Source: Planctomycetota bacterium (GTDB lineage: Bacteria; Planctomycetota; PLA2; JAEUHO01). Taken from it: a stretch of 53,027 nt of DNA. The position numbers and the translations under genes are program-made. The DNA lies in NCBI GenBank assembly GCA_050248855.1, contig JBFWRP010000015.1, positions 40,508-93,534 on the forward strand, in the 5' to 3' direction. Each line of letters begins with the position of its first letter. The stretch's first letter is position 1. Positions 30,252 through 39,959 of this stretch are shown here, in pieces. The notes under the pieces are model-generated. The model saw only the letters and a list, made by a program, of their open reading frames with translations, had not been told where the DNA came from and searched no databases.

Positions 30252-31064
30252 ATGAGCGCCGGTTCTGCTCCGTCGTCGGGCTCGTGGCTGGGACGCGTCG
30301 CGCGGCGCCTGCGCGCCGGCGTGGACGAGCGCGCGTCTCCGCCGGGAGGCACGTCGTCCCCCGCCACGCAGCCGGTGCCGGTGTCCCCCGCCGTCGGCGC
30401 CATGGACGTGAAGGCCTTCGTCAACCCGGAGGAGCGCCTGCTGCTCCTCGAGCGCGCCGTGAAGGCGTGGCAGGCACGTCGTGACGATCCCGCCGAGGCG
30501 CACGCACGTCGCGAGGCGGCCTTGGCACGGAGCGCGGCGCGGCCCGTCGCCGGCCCGGTCCTCCTGCTCGGCGCCGACCGCGGCTGGGCACGCGTCCTCG
30601 CCTCGGGGGGTGCGGACGTCACGGTCGTGGACCTGGCGCCAGAGGCGCGCGAGGCGTTCAAGGCGGACACCGGGGAAGGCGTGCGCGGCGAGCTGGTCGT
30701 GCGGCCGCACGCGTGGCTCCTGCATGCGCTCGATGAAGCCTCTTTCACCCAGGCGGTCCTGCCGCGGCCGTCGCTGGCCGCGACGAGCCCCCCGTTGGCG
30801 ATCGAGCTCGTGCGCATGGCGGCGCGCGTGCTGCGCCGGGACGGGCTTCTCTACGTGGAGGCCGCAGTGCATCGCGACGGCCACGCGTGGCGTGCGCGCA
30901 CCGAGCTGGCCGCGGACCCGGGCATCGATCCGCGACATGTCCTGCCGGCCGCGGACCTCTTCGCGGGACTAGCCGCCGAGCGTGTCGTCCCGCTCGACGT
31001 CCGCGAGCTGCCCGCGCCCCCCGGTGAGGTGGCGCTCTCGGTACTGGCCCGCCGCACGCGGTGA
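30252..31064 (+). CDS. Hypothetical protein with degenerate class I SAM-methyltransferase-like fold
   Basis: VLLLGADRG...VTVVDLAP, ARVLRRDGLLYV; motif I lacks the usual D/ExGxGxG. Confidence 0.55.
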   Translation: MSAGSAPSSGSWLGRVARRLRAGVDERASPPGGTSSPATQPVPVSPAVGAMDVKAFVNPEERLLLLERAVKAWQARRDDPAEAHARREAALARSAARPVAGPVLLLGADRGWARVLASGGADVTVVDLAPEAREAFKADTGEGVRGELVVRPHAWLLHALDEASFTQAVLPRPSLAATSPPLAIELVRMAARVLRRDGLLYVEAAVHRDGHAWRARTELAADPGIDPRHVLPAADLFAGLAAERVVPLDVRELPAPPGEVALSVLARRTR

Positions 31065-31123
31065 CGAGTCCGCGTGTACCTTGACGCGCCACCACGTCGG
31101 CGACGCTCGGAGAGAACGAGGGC

Positions 31124-33268
31124 ATGGGCCACCTGCGCATCCGCGTCAGCCTGACCGTCGCCATCGCCGTCCTCATCCTCGCGCTGGCGGGCACGATGTT
31201 CCTGGTGAACGTGCAGGCGGGACGCGAGATCGCCGAGTCGCTCGGCGACCGCTTCCTCGAGCGGACCGAGGCCCTCGTCGTCGAGCGCCTGGACGGCTTC
31301 TTCCAACCGGTCCTCACGACGCTTCGATCGGCCCAGTCGATGGCGCGTGCGGGCGTCATGACGCCCCAGGACACGGCGCGCTCCAATGCCGTGTACCTGC
31401 CGATCTTGCAGGCGTATCCCCAGATCACGTCGCTGGCGACGGGCGACGAAGAGGGCTTCTCCTACCGCATCGGCGCGGAGGGCGACAAGTGGCTGGTGCG
31501 CGTCACGCCGGGCGGTCCCCTCGGGACCGAGCGTACGCCCCACTTCCAGCTGCTCGACGCCCAAGGCGGCGTCGTCGAGGCGTACGACAAGCACAAGCCC
31601 TTCGAAGCACGGGCCCGCCCCTGGTACGTGGGGGCGCGCCAGCGTCTGGAGGAGGCCCGGGGCGTCGTGGCCGACGCCGAGATCTTCTGGACCCAGCCCT
31701 TCATCCTGAACACCAGCCGCAACCCCGGCATCGCGGCCGCCGTGCCCTTCGAAGGCCCCGACGGCGTGCCGTACATGATGACGTTCAACTTGATGCTCAC
31801 GAAGCTGAGCGACTTCACGGCATCGCTCCGGCCCACGAAGAACGGCAAGGCCTTCGTGCTGGCCCGCGACGACCAGGACGCCGTGCGGGTACTGGGTTTC
31901 CCGCAGGACGACGCCCTCGACACGCCCGAAGCGCGACTCGAGCGGATCAAGGAGCTTGGCAACCGCATGCCGGGCCTGGACGAGCTCGGTCAGCCGGCCC
32001 TGGCCGCCGCGACCGCGCTGTTCGCGCGCGCCGAAGCCAGCGGCCGTCCGCTCACGTCGCGCTTGGAAGTCGGTGACGATGCGTGGCGCTACGCGCTGTC
32101 GCCGTACGAGCTGGGTGGGGGCCAGCGCCTGTGGATCGGCGTCGCCGTGCCCGAGAGCGACGTGCTCGGCGCGGTGCAAGCCCAGCGTCGCCGCATCGTG
32201 CAGGTGTCGGGTCTGGCCCTGCTCGGCGCGTTGGGCCTGGCGCTCCTGCTGGCCCGCATCTACAGCCGTCCGCTGCGTCGCCTGGCCGCCGAGAGCGAGC
32301 GCATCACCCGGCTGGACCTGGCTCCCGGCGAGCCGGTGAAGACGCACGTGCTCGAGGCCCACCAGCTGGCCGGCGCCCAGGAGCGCATGCGCGACGCCCT
32401 GGCGTCCTTCAGCCGGTACGTGCCCACGGAGATCGTGCGCCGCCTCCTGGCGGAGGGACAGGCCGCGCGCCTGGGCGGTCGCGAGCGCGACGTCACGCTG
32501 CTGTTCAGCGACATCCGCGGGTTCACCACGATCAGCGAAGGCATGGCTCCCGAGGCCTTGACGGCGCAGCTTGCCGAGTACTTCGACGGCCTGCTCACCA
32601 TCGTGCAGAAGCACGGCGGCGTCGTGGACAAGATGATCGGCGATGCCGTCATGGCGCTCTTCGGCGCACCCGTGGCGGACGCGGAGCATCCGCGTCATGC
32701 GGTCGAGGCGGCGCTCGAGATGAACGCCTGGCTCGCCGGGTTCGAGACCCTCTGTCGTTCGCGCGGGCAACCGGTGCTCGTGACCCACGTGGGTCTGGCC
32801 ACGGGTACGGCCTTCGTGGGCAACGTCGGTGCGCCGCAGCGCCTGAACTACACGGCGCTGGGCGACACCGTGAACCTGGCCAGCCGCCTGGAGGGCGCCA
32901 GCACCCCGTACGGCGTGCGCGTGCTCGTCTCCCGGGCCACGCGCGAGCGCGCCGGCGACGCCTTCGCGTGGCGCCTCGTGGACCGGATCGCCGTCAAGGG
33001 CAAGCACGTGCCCGAGGCCGTGTACGAACCGCTGGGGCGCGTCGGGGACGTGGACGAGGCGACGCTGGCCTTCGCCCGCACGTACGAACAGGCGTTCGCG
33101 GCCTACCAGGCTCGGCAGTTCCGCGAGGCCACGGAGATCCTGCGCTCCGTCCCGTCCGGTCGTGCGAAGGACCCGTCCGTCGCGCACCTGCTCCAGCTCT
33201 GCCACTGGTACCTGGACGAGGCGCCGCCGCCGGACTGGGACGGTGTCGCACGACTGACCGTGAAGTAG
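31124..33268 (+). CDS. Class III adenylate/guanylate cyclase with extracytoplasmic sensor (Cache-like) and HAMP domain
   Basis: Two TM segments, LFSDIRGFT, DKMIGDAVMALFGAP, YTALGDTVNLASRLE, VKGK. Confidence 0.93.
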   Translation: MGHLRIRVSLTVAIAVLILALAGTMFLVNVQAGREIAESLGDRFLERTEALVVERLDGFFQPVLTTLRSAQSMARAGVMTPQDTARSNAVYLPILQAYPQITSLATGDEEGFSYRIGAEGDKWLVRVTPGGPLGTERTPHFQLLDAQGGVVEAYDKHKPFEARARPWYVGARQRLEEARGVVADAEIFWTQPFILNTSRNPGIAAAVPFEGPDGVPYMMTFNLMLTKLSDFTASLRPTKNGKAFVLARDDQDAVRVLGFPQDDALDTPEARLERIKELGNRMPGLDELGQPALAAATALFARAEASGRPLTSRLEVGDDAWRYALSPYELGGGQRLWIGVAVPESDVLGAVQAQRRRIVQVSGLALLGALGLALLLARIYSRPLRRLAAESERITRLDLAPGEPVKTHVLEAHQLAGAQERMRDALASFSRYVPTEIVRRLLAEGQAARLGGRERDVTLLFSDIRGFTTISEGMAPEALTAQLAEYFDGLLTIVQKHGGVVDKMIGDAVMALFGAPVADAEHPRHAVEAALEMNAWLAGFETLCRSRGQPVLVTHVGLATGTAFVGNVGAPQRLNYTALGDTVNLASRLEGASTPYGVRVLVSRATRERAGDAFAWRLVDRIAVKGKHVPEAVYEPLGRVGDVDEATLAFARTYEQAFAAYQARQFREATEILRSVPSGRAKDPSVAHLLQLCHWYLDEAPPPDWDGVARLTVK

Positions 33269-33297
33269 GTCCCTGCACGCTCCAGGAGGCGCCCGAC

Positions 33298-33870
33298 ATG
33301 TCCCACGACTCCGCGGAACGATCCGCCTCCACGGCCATCGCCACGTTCGCGGGCGGCTGCTTCTGGTGCGTCGACGCCGTCTTCCGACGGCTGGACGGCG
33401 TTCTGGACGTGGAGGTGGGCTACACCGGCGGTCGCACCCGGCAGCCGACGTACGAAGAGGTGTGCTCGGGGCGCACCGGCCACGCGGAGGCGGTGCGCGT
33501 CACGTTCGACCCCACGCGCATCTCCTTCGGTCGCTTGCTCGAGGTGTTCTTCGCGACCCACGACCCGACGACCAGGGACCGCCAGGGCGCGGACGTCGGC
33601 ACGCAGTACCGCAGCGCGATCTTCGTGCACGACGCGCTGCAGCGGGCGGAGGCCGAGGCCGCCATCGCCCGGATCGATGCCAGCGGCTTGTGGCCCGGGC
33701 CCGTGGTGACGCAGGTGGTGGACGAGGCCCCGTGGTGGCCCGGCGAGGACTACCACCAGGACTACTGGACGAACCACCCCGGCCAGCCGTACTGCGAGGC
33801 CACGATCCCCGCCAAGATCGCCAAGCTGCGCAAGCTGTTCGCCGATGACCTGCGTGAGGGGGCCGTCTAG
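33298..33870 (+). CDS. msrA: Peptide-methionine (S)-S-oxide reductase
   Basis: GGCFWC, GYTGG, TGHAEAV, DVGTQYRSAIF, EDYHQDY. Confidence 0.96.
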   Translation: MSHDSAERSASTAIATFAGGCFWCVDAVFRRLDGVLDVEVGYTGGRTRQPTYEEVCSGRTGHAEAVRVTFDPTRISFGRLLEVFFATHDPTTRDRQGADVGTQYRSAIFVHDALQRAEAEAAIARIDASGLWPGPVVTQVVDEAPWWPGEDYHQDYWTNHPGQPYCEATIPAKIAKLRKLFADDLREGAV

Positions 33871-35129
33871 CGGGTGGTCCCGACCGGCGGCTCGTCCGCC
33901 GGGGCCCCCTCGGCCGCACCGTCGTCGCTTGCCGCGGTGACGGTCGCCAAGCGGGGAAGCCCGGCCTCCAAGGCCAGGGCGCAGTACGCCGTCGAGGCCA
34001 CGAGCATGTAGTCGGCACCCAGGAAGTCGCTGGTGCTGCCGTCGGCGCGCAGCGTCTTGGCCACGTGCGGGCGCAGGCGGGCATGCCACGCCTCTTGTTC
34101 GTCCGCGGGAAGGCGCGTGATCGCCTTGGCCGCGTAGTAGTGGCCGAAGTTGTAGAAGTAGCCCGCGTTGTAGTAGTGCCCCTCGTGGGGAATCGGCCGC
34201 ATCCGCGCCGTGTCCAGGAAGCGGTGATGTTCGAAGAATGCGGAGAGGCCCGTACGCAGATCGGGGAGGTCCACGCTCGTGCGGCCGAGGCTGTGCAGCG
34301 CCCAGTGGGCCACCTGGATGCGGCCCAGGCTGCCCTTGACGTCGTTGATGCTCTCGCCGCCGGTGATCCAGGGAACCACGTCGAGGGAGTACTGGTAGGC
34401 GCCGTTGGGCAGGCGGCACTTCTCGAGGTAGCGGATCGCGCGGGGGACCACGCCGGTGTCGGTGAGCCAGCCCAGCTCCTGGGCGCGGGCCAGGGCCGGC
34501 AGGACGAGCGCCGTGCAGAAGCTGGTCGCCCACTTGTTGCGCGACGTCCACGGGGGGTCGTCGTAGTAGGCCCAGCCGCCGAGCGGGGCCTGGTTGGCCA
34601 CGAGCACGGCCACGTACTGGCGACCGCGCGCGGCGAGCATCTTGCGCAGCTCCGCGTGCTCGGCGAGCCGCGGGCTGTCCACGGCGCTGACGGTGGCCAC
34701 CACCCCGTAGAGCGCGGACCACATGTAGTCGGTGTCCCACTCGTTGCCGCGGCGCGGGAGACGGTTGGTGGCCAGCCAGTGCAGACCCCGGAGGAGGGCC
34801 GCATCGCGCTCGGGCGTGGCCGGGGCATCGAGCAGGGCCATGCAGGCCAGTGCGCAGGCAGCGATCTGCCAGGTGTAGTGCGTCTCCACGGCGAAGAACG
34901 CTTCCTGGGTTTCCCCGGGGATCGCACGGGCCCAAGCCCCGTTCTCGCGTTGCTGGGCCACGAGCCACGCCAAGCAGCGGTCGGCCGCGGCTCGCCCTTC
35001 GGCCGCGTCCATCGTGGACGGCACGGGGCGCGGCGTGGCCGCGGGGACATCACGCGCCAAGCTGGCCTCGGGCGGCAGCGCCACCAGCGCGACGGCAGCG
35101 CCCAGCAGGAGCGAACGGGCGGCGCCCAT
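33867..35129 (-). CDS. Secreted prenyltransferase/squalene-oxidase-repeat (alpha/alpha barrel) protein
   Basis: WLVAQQRENGAW, LVANQAPLGGWAY, YLEKCRLPNGAYQY QW-like repeats; signal peptide. Confidence 0.75.
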   Translation of the reverse strand: MGAARSLLLGAAVALVALPPEASLARDVPAATPRPVPSTMDAAEGRAAADRCLAWLVAQQRENGAWARAIPGETQEAFFAVETHYTWQIAACALACMALLDAPATPERDAALLRGLHWLATNRLPRRGNEWDTDYMWSALYGVVATVSAVDSPRLAEHAELRKMLAARGRQYVAVLVANQAPLGGWAYYDDPPWTSRNKWATSFCTALVLPALARAQELGWLTDTGVVPRAIRYLEKCRLPNGAYQYSLDVVPWITGGESINDVKGSLGRIQVAHWALHSLGRTSVDLPDLRTGLSAFFEHHRFLDTARMRPIPHEGHYYNAGYFYNFGHYYAAKAITRLPADEQEAWHARLRPHVAKTLRADGSTSDFLGADYMLVASTAYCALALEAGLPRLATVTAASDDGAAEGAPADEPPVGTTR

Positions 35130-36092
35130 CTAGTGGCCGCCGGGCGGCGGGCCCCCGGGGCCCATGGGCGGCGCACCCGCCGGCGGACCGGGCTGGGGCA
35201 GGCCGTCAGGGCCCATGCCCGGCAGCGGCGGCAGCCCGGGCGGCGTGGGGGTGATCAACCGCGCGTTCGGGTCGGCGTCGGGCAGGCCGAGATTGGTCTT
35301 GTCGCCGAGCTTCTTGTCGATGCGGCGGATCTTGCGGCGCAGCGTCTCGATCTCCTGCGTGGCGGTCCAGATGCCCAACGCGCGCTCCTGCATCGACCGT
35401 TCGAGATCCTCGTTGGCGTCGATCCAGTCGTTGTGCGCCGCTTCCGCGGTGCGCCGCTTCTCGTTCTCCTCCAGCGGGATCTCGCTGGTCTTCTCGCGCT
35501 CTGCGGCTTGCTCGTCGAGCTCCAGCTCGCGCTTGGCGAACTCGACCTGCTTGCGCCCGCGGTGGAGCACGAGCTCCTTCGTCATGTTGGCGAACTCTTC
35601 CGCCGCGTACATGGCCTCGAGCTCCTTCAGCTCCTGCTCGGCCTGCACGAGGCGATCGCGGCCCTGGTCCAAGCGCAGCTGCAGGCGCGCGAGGCGCTCC
35701 GGCTTCTCCGAGGTCTCCCAGATCTCGAGCTTGCGCTTGGCGTCCTCGGACTCCAGGCGCGCCTTCTCGGCACGCACCCGCCCGCGCCGCTCTTCGTGCA
35801 TGTCCTCCAGCTTGAGGCGCTCGAGCTCCCACTGGGCCTTCGAGTAGTCCACGAGGTAGCCCATCCGCTCGTCCTCGAGGTCGAGGCGCTCGTCTTCATC
35901 CAGCTCGTCGTCGTCCTCCTCCTCGTCGTCGGCGGCGTCCGACGTGGCGCCGGCGTTGCCCTTGGCCGCACCCTGGCCGCCGCCGCCCCCGGCGGCACGT
36001 TTGGGGGCGGGCAGCTCGCCGCAGGCCGCGAGCAGCGCGGCGCCGGGCAGCAGCAACGCCGCGAGGAGCAGGAACGTGAGGATTCGGGCCAC
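35130..36092 (-). CDS. Coiled-coil lipoprotein, hypothetical
   Basis: Lipobox LAAC, acidic stretch, long E/K/R-rich coiled coil, Pro/Gly tail. Confidence 0.75.
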   Translation of the reverse strand: MARILTFLLLAALLLPGAALLAACGELPAPKRAAGGGGGQGAAKGNAGATSDAADDEEEDDDELDEDERLDLEDERMGYLVDYSKAQWELERLKLEDMHEERRGRVRAEKARLESEDAKRKLEIWETSEKPERLARLQLRLDQGRDRLVQAEQELKELEAMYAAEEFANMTKELVLHRGRKQVEFAKRELELDEQAAEREKTSEIPLEENEKRRTAEAAHNDWIDANEDLERSMQERALGIWTATQEIETLRRKIRRIDKKLGDKTNLGLPDADPNARLITPTPPGLPPLPGMGPDGLPQPGPPAGAPPMGPGGPPPGGH

Positions 36093-36165
36093 GGAACGTC
36101 TCCAGACGGGGAACGGGGCGAAGCATAGCAGCCGGTCGGCAGCGACCTGCGTAGGCTGGGGGTCC

Positions 36166-36879
36166 ATGGCATGGTTCCCGCTTCGCCTCGAGGAGGTCCG
36201 GGTCGAGACGCCCATCGACCGGACGCTCGTGTGGGCGCCCGTGGACCCTGCTGATGCGCCCACCCTCGTCTGGCGGCCGGGGCAGTTCCTGCTGCTGCGC
36301 GATCCCGCCAGCGGTATCGCCGGCCAACGCGCCTACAGCTTGTCGGCGGCGGACGGGGGCGAGGGCCGTCCGGCCATCACGGTGCGGGACATGGGGCGCT
36401 ACGGCGCCTGGTGGTTCCGCCGTGTCCCGGGCCATGTCGCGGAGGGCGCCGCGCCGCGCGGGCGATTCGTGCTCGACATGGAGGCGTGCGATCGGCTCGT
36501 CCTGCTGGCCGCCGGCTCGGGCGTGGCCCCCTTCCGCGCGTTCCTCCAGGCGTGGGAGGGCGCCGGGCGGAGGATGCCGCTGTGCCTTGTGCAGAGCGCG
36601 CGCGTGCCTGCCGAGCTGGTGTTCGCTTCGACGTTCCAGCAGGCTGCCGGGCACGGCGCGTTCACGTGGATCCCGACGGTCACGCGAGCGGCGGACGACG
36701 CCTCGTGGAGCGGCCGCCGGGGCCGCGTGGACGATGCGCTGATCGCGGAAGCCGTGGCGGATGCCCGCGCACCGCGCGTCTACGCATGCGGTCCCGATGC
36801 CTTCGTGGCCGCGGCCCTGGCAGGTGCGCGCGCCGCCGGCGTCCCCGAGGACCGACTGCATCACGAAGCGTGGGGGTGA
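36166..36879 (+). CDS. FNR-like FAD/NAD(P)-binding oxidoreductase
   Basis: RPGQF, RAYSLS, AAGSGVAPF, YACGP. Confidence 0.88.
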   Translation: MAWFPLRLEEVRVETPIDRTLVWAPVDPADAPTLVWRPGQFLLLRDPASGIAGQRAYSLSAADGGEGRPAITVRDMGRYGAWWFRRVPGHVAEGAAPRGRFVLDMEACDRLVLLAAGSGVAPFRAFLQAWEGAGRRMPLCLVQSARVPAELVFASTFQQAAGHGAFTWIPTVTRAADDASWSGRRGRVDDALIAEAVADARAPRVYACGPDAFVAAALAGARAAGVPEDRLHHEAWG

Positions 36880-36880
36880 C

Positions 36881-37735
36881 TCACGGGGTGGCGAGGCGGC
36901 GAACGACCTCCGCGAGGATGTCCCCGCAGTCGCCCTCGACCTTCAGCGTGGCCACGTCGTCGGCCCGTGTGCGCCCGCGGTTGACGATCAGCACGGGCTT
37001 GTTCGCCGCCACGGCGCGGCGCACGAAGCGGAAGCCCGAGAACACCATCAGCGAGCTGCCGACGACCAACAGCGCATCCGATGCGTCGACGTCCGCGTGG
37101 ACGGCGGCGACCCGGTCGGCCGGCACGTTGCCGCCGTAGAACACGACGTCCGGCTTCATGACGCCACCGCAGCGCACGCAGGCCGGGACCACGAACCCGC
37201 TCGTGTCCTCGTCGTCGAGGTCGGCGTCACCGTCGGGGGCGAAAGCCGTCGCACGTGCGGCGAACGCCGGGTTGCCCGCCAGCAGGGCGGTTTGCCATGT
37301 GTCGCGCCGCTCGAGCTGGCCACAGCCGAGGCACACGACGTGGTCGAGGCGGCCGTGCAGGTCCACGACTTCGCGGCTGCCCGCGCGCTGGTGCAGGCGG
37401 TCCACGTTCTGCGTCACGAGGCGCGTGAGCCCGCCGCGCGCCCCGAGCGCCGCGAGGGCGTCGTGCGCAGCGGACGGGGACGCGGCGCGGAAGCGCGGCC
37501 AACCCACCGCGCTGCGGGCCCAGTAGCGCTGCCGGGTCGTCGCGCTGCCCACGAACTCGGCGTGCTGGATGGGCCGCCGCGGCCGCTTCCACGCGCCGTT
37601 CTCGTCACGGTAGTCCGTGATGCCCGAGGCCGTGCTGCAGCCTGCCCCCGTCAGCACGAGGAGCCGCCGGCTGGCGGCGAGGTGCGCCGCCAGGCGGTCC
37701 ACCGACTCGGCCAGTGAGGACGGTGTGGTGTGCAC
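36881..37735 (-). CDS. NAD-dependent protein deacylase (sirtuin, SIRT4/class II-like)
   Basis: TGAGCSTASGITDYR, RQRYWARS, TQNVDRLH, DLHG, two CxxC zinc pairs, KPDVVFYG, GSSLMVFSG. Confidence 0.93.
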   Translation of the reverse strand: MHTTPSSLAESVDRLAAHLAASRRLLVLTGAGCSTASGITDYRDENGAWKRPRRPIQHAEFVGSATTRQRYWARSAVGWPRFRAASPSAAHDALAALGARGGLTRLVTQNVDRLHQRAGSREVVDLHGRLDHVVCLGCGQLERRDTWQTALLAGNPAFAARATAFAPDGDADLDDEDTSGFVVPACVRCGGVMKPDVVFYGGNVPADRVAAVHADVDASDALLVVGSSLMVFSGFRFVRRAVAANKPVLIVNRGRTRADDVATLKVEGDCGDILAEVVRRLATP

Positions 37736-38050
37736 GGGGGCAGAGGCTACGACCGTGACGGACGCGGTCGGCCCGAGGCCCTCCGGACGGAGCCGCTGGC
37801 GCGCTGCAAGCCCGGAAATCGGGGCTCTCGGGACTTCGTGGTAGGCTTGGGCCCTCGCTGGATGGCGCATCCCGTGCCCGCTGGTGCCGGGTTGCGGGGA
37901 ATCCGAGTGGGCCCCGCCCGCGTGCGCGCTTCGCGCGGAGGGCTTGCCCCCGGGGTGGCGGCCCCGTGTGCGGCGGCCTGGTCCCGCGGGCGCGGGAGCC
38001 GGTGGTCCGCGCGACCGGCCAGTACTCGACCTCGTGCCTAGGAGACCTGT

Positions 38051-39649
38051 ATGTCCACGCCGTCCACCCCGCCCGCCTCCAAGCCCCGCCGGCGGCGGGG
38101 CTACCGCCTGCGGGCGTGGCGCCCCGAGGACATCCCCGGGATCGTGGCCGTGCACGCCGCGGCCTACCCCGACTACCAGACCAGCGACCTCTACGACCAG
38201 CGCCAGCATGCGCTGCAGCTCGAGGCGTTTCCCGAGGGCCAGCTGCTCGTCGAGCGTGACGGGGAGATCGTGGGCTATGCCACGTCGCTGATCGTCCAGC
38301 TGGACGAGGAGGCCAGCGTCTACCGCTTCTCCGAGCTCACCGGCATGGGCACCTTCAGCACGCACGACCCGAGCGGCGACACGTTGTACGGCGCGGACAT
38401 CGCGGTCCACCCCGCGCACCGCGGCAAGGGCGTGGCTGGCAAGCTCTACCAGGGCCGGATCCGCCTGCTCAAGCGCTACAACCTGCGACGGATGGTCGCC
38501 TTCGGGCGCATTCCCGGCTTCAAGGACCACGAGGGCAAGCTCACGGCCGATGAGTACGTGCAGCTCGTGGTGGCCGGCGAGCTGAAGGACTCGGCGCTCA
38601 ACGCGCATCTCAAGGCGGGCTACAGCGTGAAGAAGGTCCTCCTGGACTACATGGAGGACGTCTCGAGTCTCAACTACTGCACCCTGCTCGAGATGGAGAA
38701 CCCCGACTTCAAGCCCGAGAAGCGGCGCATCTCCTCGTCGCCGATCCGGCGCCCGCTGCGCCGCATGCGCGTGTGCGCGGCCCAGTGGATGATGCGCCGC
38801 ATCAAGACGTGGGAGGAGTTCGAGCAGATCGTCCTCTTCTTCGTGGACTCGGCGGACAGCTACCACTGCCACTTCCTGCTCCTGCCCGAGCTGTTCACGG
38901 CGCAGCTCTTCAGCACGTTCCCGGCCGACGTGCCGGACATGCAGGCCATGCAGATGCTGGCCGACCTGGCGCCTCGGTACACCGAGATGATGTCCACGCA
39001 TGCGCGCGAGCGCGGGCTGTACATCGTCGGGGGATCGCATCCCGTCCGGCGCGATGGCAAGACCTACAACGTGGCGCACCTCTTCACGCCGTCCGGCAAG
39101 ATCTACACGCAGGACAAGCTGCACGTGACGCCCCACGAGCGGGCGCTCTGGGACATCGAGCCCGGCGAGGAGATCCGGGTGTTCGACACGTCCTTCGGGC
39201 GCATGGCCATCCAGATCTGCTACGACATCGAGTTCCCGGAGACGGCGCGCCTGCTGACGCTGGCCGGCGCCGAGGTGATCTTCGTCCCGTTCAGCACGGA
39301 CGAGAAGAAGGCCTACTACCGCGTGCGCTACGCAGCGCAGTCGCGCGCCGTGGAGAACTACGTCTACACGGTGCTCGCGGGCAACGTCGGCAACCTGCCG
39401 AGCGTGCGCTCGTACCTCATCAACTACGGGCAGAGCGCCGTCTTCACGCCCAGCGACTTCGGGTTCCCGATCGAGGGCGTCATGGCCGAGGCGGAGCCCA
39501 ACGTGGAGACCGTCGTCGTGGCCGAGCTCGACCTGAACGTGCTGGAGGAGCAGCGCGACTTCGGCAGCGTCCGCCCCCTCTACGACCGCCGTCCCGACCT
39601 CTACAACATCGAGGCCAAGAAGCCCGTCCGCATCATCAAGTGCGAGTAG
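38051..39649 (+). CDS. Bifunctional GNAT acetyltransferase / carbon-nitrogen hydrolase (YhcX-like)
   Basis: VHPAHRGKGVA acetyl-CoA motif; nitrilase triad from PELF, QDKLH, ICYDIEFPE. Confidence 0.92.
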   Translation: MSTPSTPPASKPRRRRGYRLRAWRPEDIPGIVAVHAAAYPDYQTSDLYDQRQHALQLEAFPEGQLLVERDGEIVGYATSLIVQLDEEASVYRFSELTGMGTFSTHDPSGDTLYGADIAVHPAHRGKGVAGKLYQGRIRLLKRYNLRRMVAFGRIPGFKDHEGKLTADEYVQLVVAGELKDSALNAHLKAGYSVKKVLLDYMEDVSSLNYCTLLEMENPDFKPEKRRISSSPIRRPLRRMRVCAAQWMMRRIKTWEEFEQIVLFFVDSADSYHCHFLLLPELFTAQLFSTFPADVPDMQAMQMLADLAPRYTEMMSTHARERGLYIVGGSHPVRRDGKTYNVAHLFTPSGKIYTQDKLHVTPHERALWDIEPGEEIRVFDTSFGRMAIQICYDIEFPETARLLTLAGAEVIFVPFSTDEKKAYYRVRYAAQSRAVENYVYTVLAGNVGNLPSVRSYLINYGQSAVFTPSDFGFPIEGVMAEAEPNVETVVVAELDLNVLEEQRDFGSVRPLYDRRPDLYNIEAKKPVRIIKCE

Positions 39650-39959
39650 CCGCGAGGCGCGCGGAGGTGTCTGAAGCTGTGCCTCGGAGCACCGAATCCG
39701 CGCGTGAGCGCGGAACGAGCGTGAAGTGACTGGACACCAAGGCGCGACGTCCACCCGCCGGCGTACCGCGACCCCTACGTGTCAGTTCTTCATGCCGACG
39801 GCAAAGCCCGTACGCGTCTCGATGCGCGCGGCACTCCCTCCCATGGAAGAGTGGCTGTCGTCTACGAGCCCGGAGTTCAGGCACCTTCCATTGCAGGCAC
39901 CTTGCCCACGTTGCCGCTTCACGGCGCCGCGGCAAGGGTCCCGACACATCCGGGTTCGC
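39650..39959. repeat. Modular intergenic REP-like repeat, copy 2
   Basis: Colinear with 5633-5650 plus 7170-7466; fills the whole gap between two convergent genes. Confidence 0.85.

Noticed and set aside
36881..37735. Sir2-domain anti-phage defence system (Thoeris/DSR type)
   Set aside because: It is a canonical zinc-binding class II sirtuin with no defence partner genes nearby.
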